Position numbers and translations under genes: made by a program
In this document: positions 61,133 to 64,000 of the stretch, piece after piece
How the letters are laid out: each line of letters opens with the position of its first letter
Position numbering within the stretch: the stretch's first letter is position 1
Assembly (NCBI GenBank): GCA_963814495.1
Contig: CAWFDJ010000016.1
Span: 96,665-160,664, forward strand
DNA: 64,000 nucleotides
Direction: 5' to 3'
DNA from: an uncultured bacterium
GTDB taxonomy: Bacteria; Actinomycetota; Geothermincolia; Geothermincolales; Geothermincolaceae
The notes under the pieces: model-generated
What the model was told of the DNA's origin: nothing
Database searches by the model: none
Seen by the model: only the letters and a program-made list of their open reading frames with translations

Positions 61133-61759
61133 TCAAACCCGGCCCTCGCGCACTGCCGCAGCCAGGGAGCGGCCCAGCCTGTAGGCCCGGCGCTTGTCCC
61201 ACCGGTTGAGCTTGCGCAGGTTGAGCCGGCCCACGTAGAGCCGGCCGGTGACGCGCGCTCCGAAGATGCCCTTGGCCAGAGCGGCCATCTCGCGCGTCTG
61301 CCCGTCGCAAAAGATACGTGACCACGCGGGCACCGTGCCGGCGGTGGTCAGGGTGGCGGCGAAGCGCCGCTTGTCCGCGATGCGCGACTCCGGGACGCCC
61401 TTGACCCAGAGCACCCGGCCGGTGGCCCGCCCCAGGGTCCACACGCACCGCTCGTCGAAGGTCTTCATGATAGAGTTGGCGTGGCCGCTGGAGGCCGGGC
61501 AGGAGAGGATAAAGCCGTCCGCGGCGTCGATCTTTAAGAGCAGCTCCCGCACGTCGTCATGCTGGGCGCAGGCGGCGATGCGCGAGGTTAGGTCCGCGTG
61601 GCACCGCATGCAGAAGCGGCAGTTCCGGATATCGAGGTCGGCCAGGCAGACCACCTCCACCTCCATCCCACCGTCCGCCGCCCCGCGCGCCGCTTCTTCG
61701 TGCAGCGCGGCCAGGGCCCCGCTCTTCCTGGGATTACCGGTTATGGCCAACACCTTCAT
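61133..61759 (-). CDS. NADPH-dependent FMN reductase / iron-sulfur-flavoprotein-like protein (intact)
   Basis: MKVLAITGNPRKSGALA, Cys cluster CRFCMRC, and GFILSCPASSG. Confidence 0.65.
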   Translation of the reverse strand: MKVLAITGNPRKSGALAALHEEAARGAADGGMEVEVVCLADLDIRNCRFCMRCHADLTSRIAACAQHDDVRELLLKIDAADGFILSCPASSGHANSIMKTFDERCVWTLGRATGRVLWVKGVPESRIADKRRFAATLTTAGTVPAWSRIFCDGQTREMAALAKGIFGARVTGRLYVGRLNLRKLNRWDKRRAYRLGRSLAAAVREGRV

Positions 61760-62316
61760 CTCGCGTCCCCCTTCCGTCCAGCACGCTCCCGCTAAGACCA
61801 TTCTAAGCCCGCATTCTTCATTTGAAACCTGAAGGACTCTGTGCTTGTATTGCGTAATACTTCATCAGTACAGTGTTTCAGGGCAGTGCAGGACTTCATG
61901 GAGGGAAAATCCAGTGAAGCAGGAAGAGGGGCGAAAGGGCTCGATTCTGATGGCAGCATCAAGCTGGGATTCCAGGGGGCCAAGGTGACCACCGACGCCA
62001 GGATATGCGCCTGCTTGAAGCTGTCCTCAACCCGGCCTGCCTTCGGTATGAGCGTGCATGCAGCGGTCAATGCATGCCGGAATCGGGCGAAAACGCTCTT
62101 CGGGGAGGTTCTGCCTGCCGATCCGTGAATGGAGCGGCCGGTCGGCGGCCCGAAGCACGGACGAATGCAAGTACTGTGGTAGAATACCGATGGAGGGAAG
62201 GGTGTCAGGTTCATATGAACGTCGGGTGTTTTGTCGTGGCCGAGTGTTGTATGCTCCTTCCTGTATAGGGTTGTAGAAAGAGCAGTGTGTTGTTCATCAC
62301 GGAGGTGGAAAGGACG

Positions 62317-63526
62317 ATGAGAAAGGCCATCATCATCGCGTTGACACTGCTCTTGGTGCTGCCTCTCCTGTCCACCGGCTGCGCCGAAGGCACGAAGGGG
62401 CCTTCAGTCGACCTGGAAAAGGTGTCGGAGTTCGAAGGCGGGTTCCTGTACAAGTCAGATGGGATATACGTCTGCCAGCTGAACGGGAGCTACGAGGAGA
62501 TGGGGCGCCAGTACGGCGGGCTGATGAAGACACAGATCAGGCAGTTTCACGACGAAGCGATGAAGGCGATCGTATCAAACGCGAAACCGACAGACGAAGC
62601 ACTCAATGGGATACCGGAAAAACAGTACGAGAAGTACCCGGCAAGGATAAAGGGCATATTCACAGGGATGGAGGAGACGTCGGGTCTCAGCCTTGCCGAG
62701 CTCAAGTTCTGCGACTCGGTCGAAACTGTGGCTATGGCCGGCGAACTCAGCCGGGCCAACTGCTCGGCCGTCGTCGCATGGGGACCCTATACGGGTGGAG
62801 GGCCGCTCGTCTTCGGGAGGAACTTCGATTACCCTGACTACTTCAAGGAGTTCAACGATACCCTGACGGTCGTCGTCTACAACCCGAATGACGGGAGCAG
62901 GTCGACCGCGACGCTGGTCAATGCGGGACAGGTCTGTACCCTGAACTCGTTCAACGACAAGGGCCTGATGCTCGAGGTAAACGACGGCATGGGGTCGGGT
63001 GATCTGAGGAGCGTGGAGAACCGGGCGTCGAACCTGATCGAAGCACTGACGTTCCTGCTGGATGCCTCGGACTTCGTTTACCTCGATTCCGAACTGGAGA
63101 GCACGCTGCCGTATCACGCGTTCATCATCACCGCATCAGATTCGAGAAGAGGCGTTCACCTACGAGATGAGCACGTCAGAGGTCAAGCGGCGCGGCGGCC
63201 GGGACGGGCTGCTGGTGGCGACGAACCACTTCGTGAATACCGACTGGAACATCCAGTTGGAACAGCAGCCTGCCTGGTTCCAGCCCTTCGTGGCTGACTC
63301 TGAGGTCAGGAGCGACAACCTCACCGCCCTCGCGGAAGCGAACAAGGGCAAGCTAGACGTCGATACGATGAAGGGGATCATGGAAACGCCGCTCGATAAA
63401 GGCGGAGCGACATACTCCGGCACCATATACCAGTTCGTCGCCGAGCCGTCCGCGCGCGAGGTGTGGGTACGGGCACCGGGTTTCCAGGACTGGACACTGG
63501 TCGAGTACGGGGAGTTATTCGACTGA
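62317..63526 (+). CDS. C45-family Ntn-hydrolase lipoprotein (frameshift near 63140)
   Basis: RBS GGAGGTGGAAAGG. Lipobox LLSTGC. SRANCSAVVAWG and FGRNFDY. The C-terminal piece is ORF 63062..63526. Confidence 0.55.
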
Positions 63527-63748
63527 AGCAGGATATAACCGACTACAGCGTCTCGACCATGGTCGGGATCTATCCATTCAACGGGCCATTTGCTTCCACG
63601 CACACGTTCCACGGCTTTAACGTGCTGGAATCGCTCGCTAATGCCGCCTAATGCTTTATACGATGCCTCCACGGGTTCTTCACATTCGGATGATAGATTG
63701 GAGCTGTAAGAGCTGAAATGATCTATGTAGCGTATGCCCAGGGAAAGG

Positions 63749-64000
63749 ATGGAGAAGATGGAGGATAAACAGCCACAGACCGAGTGGACGGGACGTATGG
63801 GAAAGCTCGGAGCCTGGTTCCTGGCCAGCCCCTGGCGCCGTTGGAGTGAGATCTTCATCGGCAGGAGCCGGGAAGCGCTGCTGGAAGAGGTCTTCGCCCG
63901 CCTGCGCGGCGACGAGGTGGTGCTGGACGCGGGGTGCGGCTCCGGCTACCTGAGCCTCCCCATAGCGCGCAGGCTCGACACCGGCAAGGTGCTCGGCCTG
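63749..64000 (+). CDS. Class I SAM-dependent methyltransferase, 5' partial (runs off the window)
   Basis: MEKMEDKQPQ... ending in SAM motif I VLDAGCGSGYLS. It is not in the ORF track because no stop is reached. Confidence 0.6.
   Translation, partial: MEKMEDKQPQTEWTGRMGKLGAWFLASPWRRWSEIFIGRSREALLEEVFARLRGDEVVLDAGCGSGYLSLPIARRLDTGKVLGL

Noticed and set aside
61841-62268. Possible N-terminal remnant of an IS1380/IS4-type transposase (GFQGAKVTTDA... then ...LLEAVLN in another frame) in a lower-G+C non-coding stretch
   Set aside because: The similarity rests on about 12 residues recalled from memory and needs a frame change. No DDE region or terminal inverted repeats were seen. A BLASTX or HMM search would be needed before calling it.

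Overview
High-G+C bacterial chromosomal window. It has GGAGG-type RBSs, two leaderless-style TATAAT-N5/6-ATG starts and many Fe-S and flavodoxin genes. An anaerobic Actinomycetota-like host is only an inference. I can support about 60 protein genes or gene remnants. There are three minus-strand tRNAs: Ser-CGA 24882-24969, Arg-ACG 47750-47826 and Ser-GGA 51437-51530. There are also several rho-independent terminators, palindromic TetR-type operators and three small repeat families. I saw no rRNA, CRISPR array, intact transposase, integrase or phage module. About half of the genes are interrupted by 1-nt frame changes, several at homopolymers. Many ORF-track entries are therefore fragments that I re-joined by reading conserved motifs across frames, and coordinates of those genes are approximate. 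Many long ORFs antisense to real genes are G+C artefacts. The stand-out locus is 40.88-47.83 kb. It is a low-G+C segment abutting the 3' end of tRNA-Arg(ACG), built from seven small single-gene (or toxin-antitoxin) modules. Each module is bounded by the same ~115-bp element: a terminator-like hairpin, TGGCAC, then a conserved core whose ends can pair. An eighth copy of the hairpin flanks the live tRNA. This looks like an integron-like or tRNA-accretion cassette array, but it has no canonical attC boxes and no recombinase in the window. Both sides of it carry paralogous small PLDc_N/SHOCT stress-type genes, including a 0.78-kb duplicated two-gene block around a TetR gene with shared operators.
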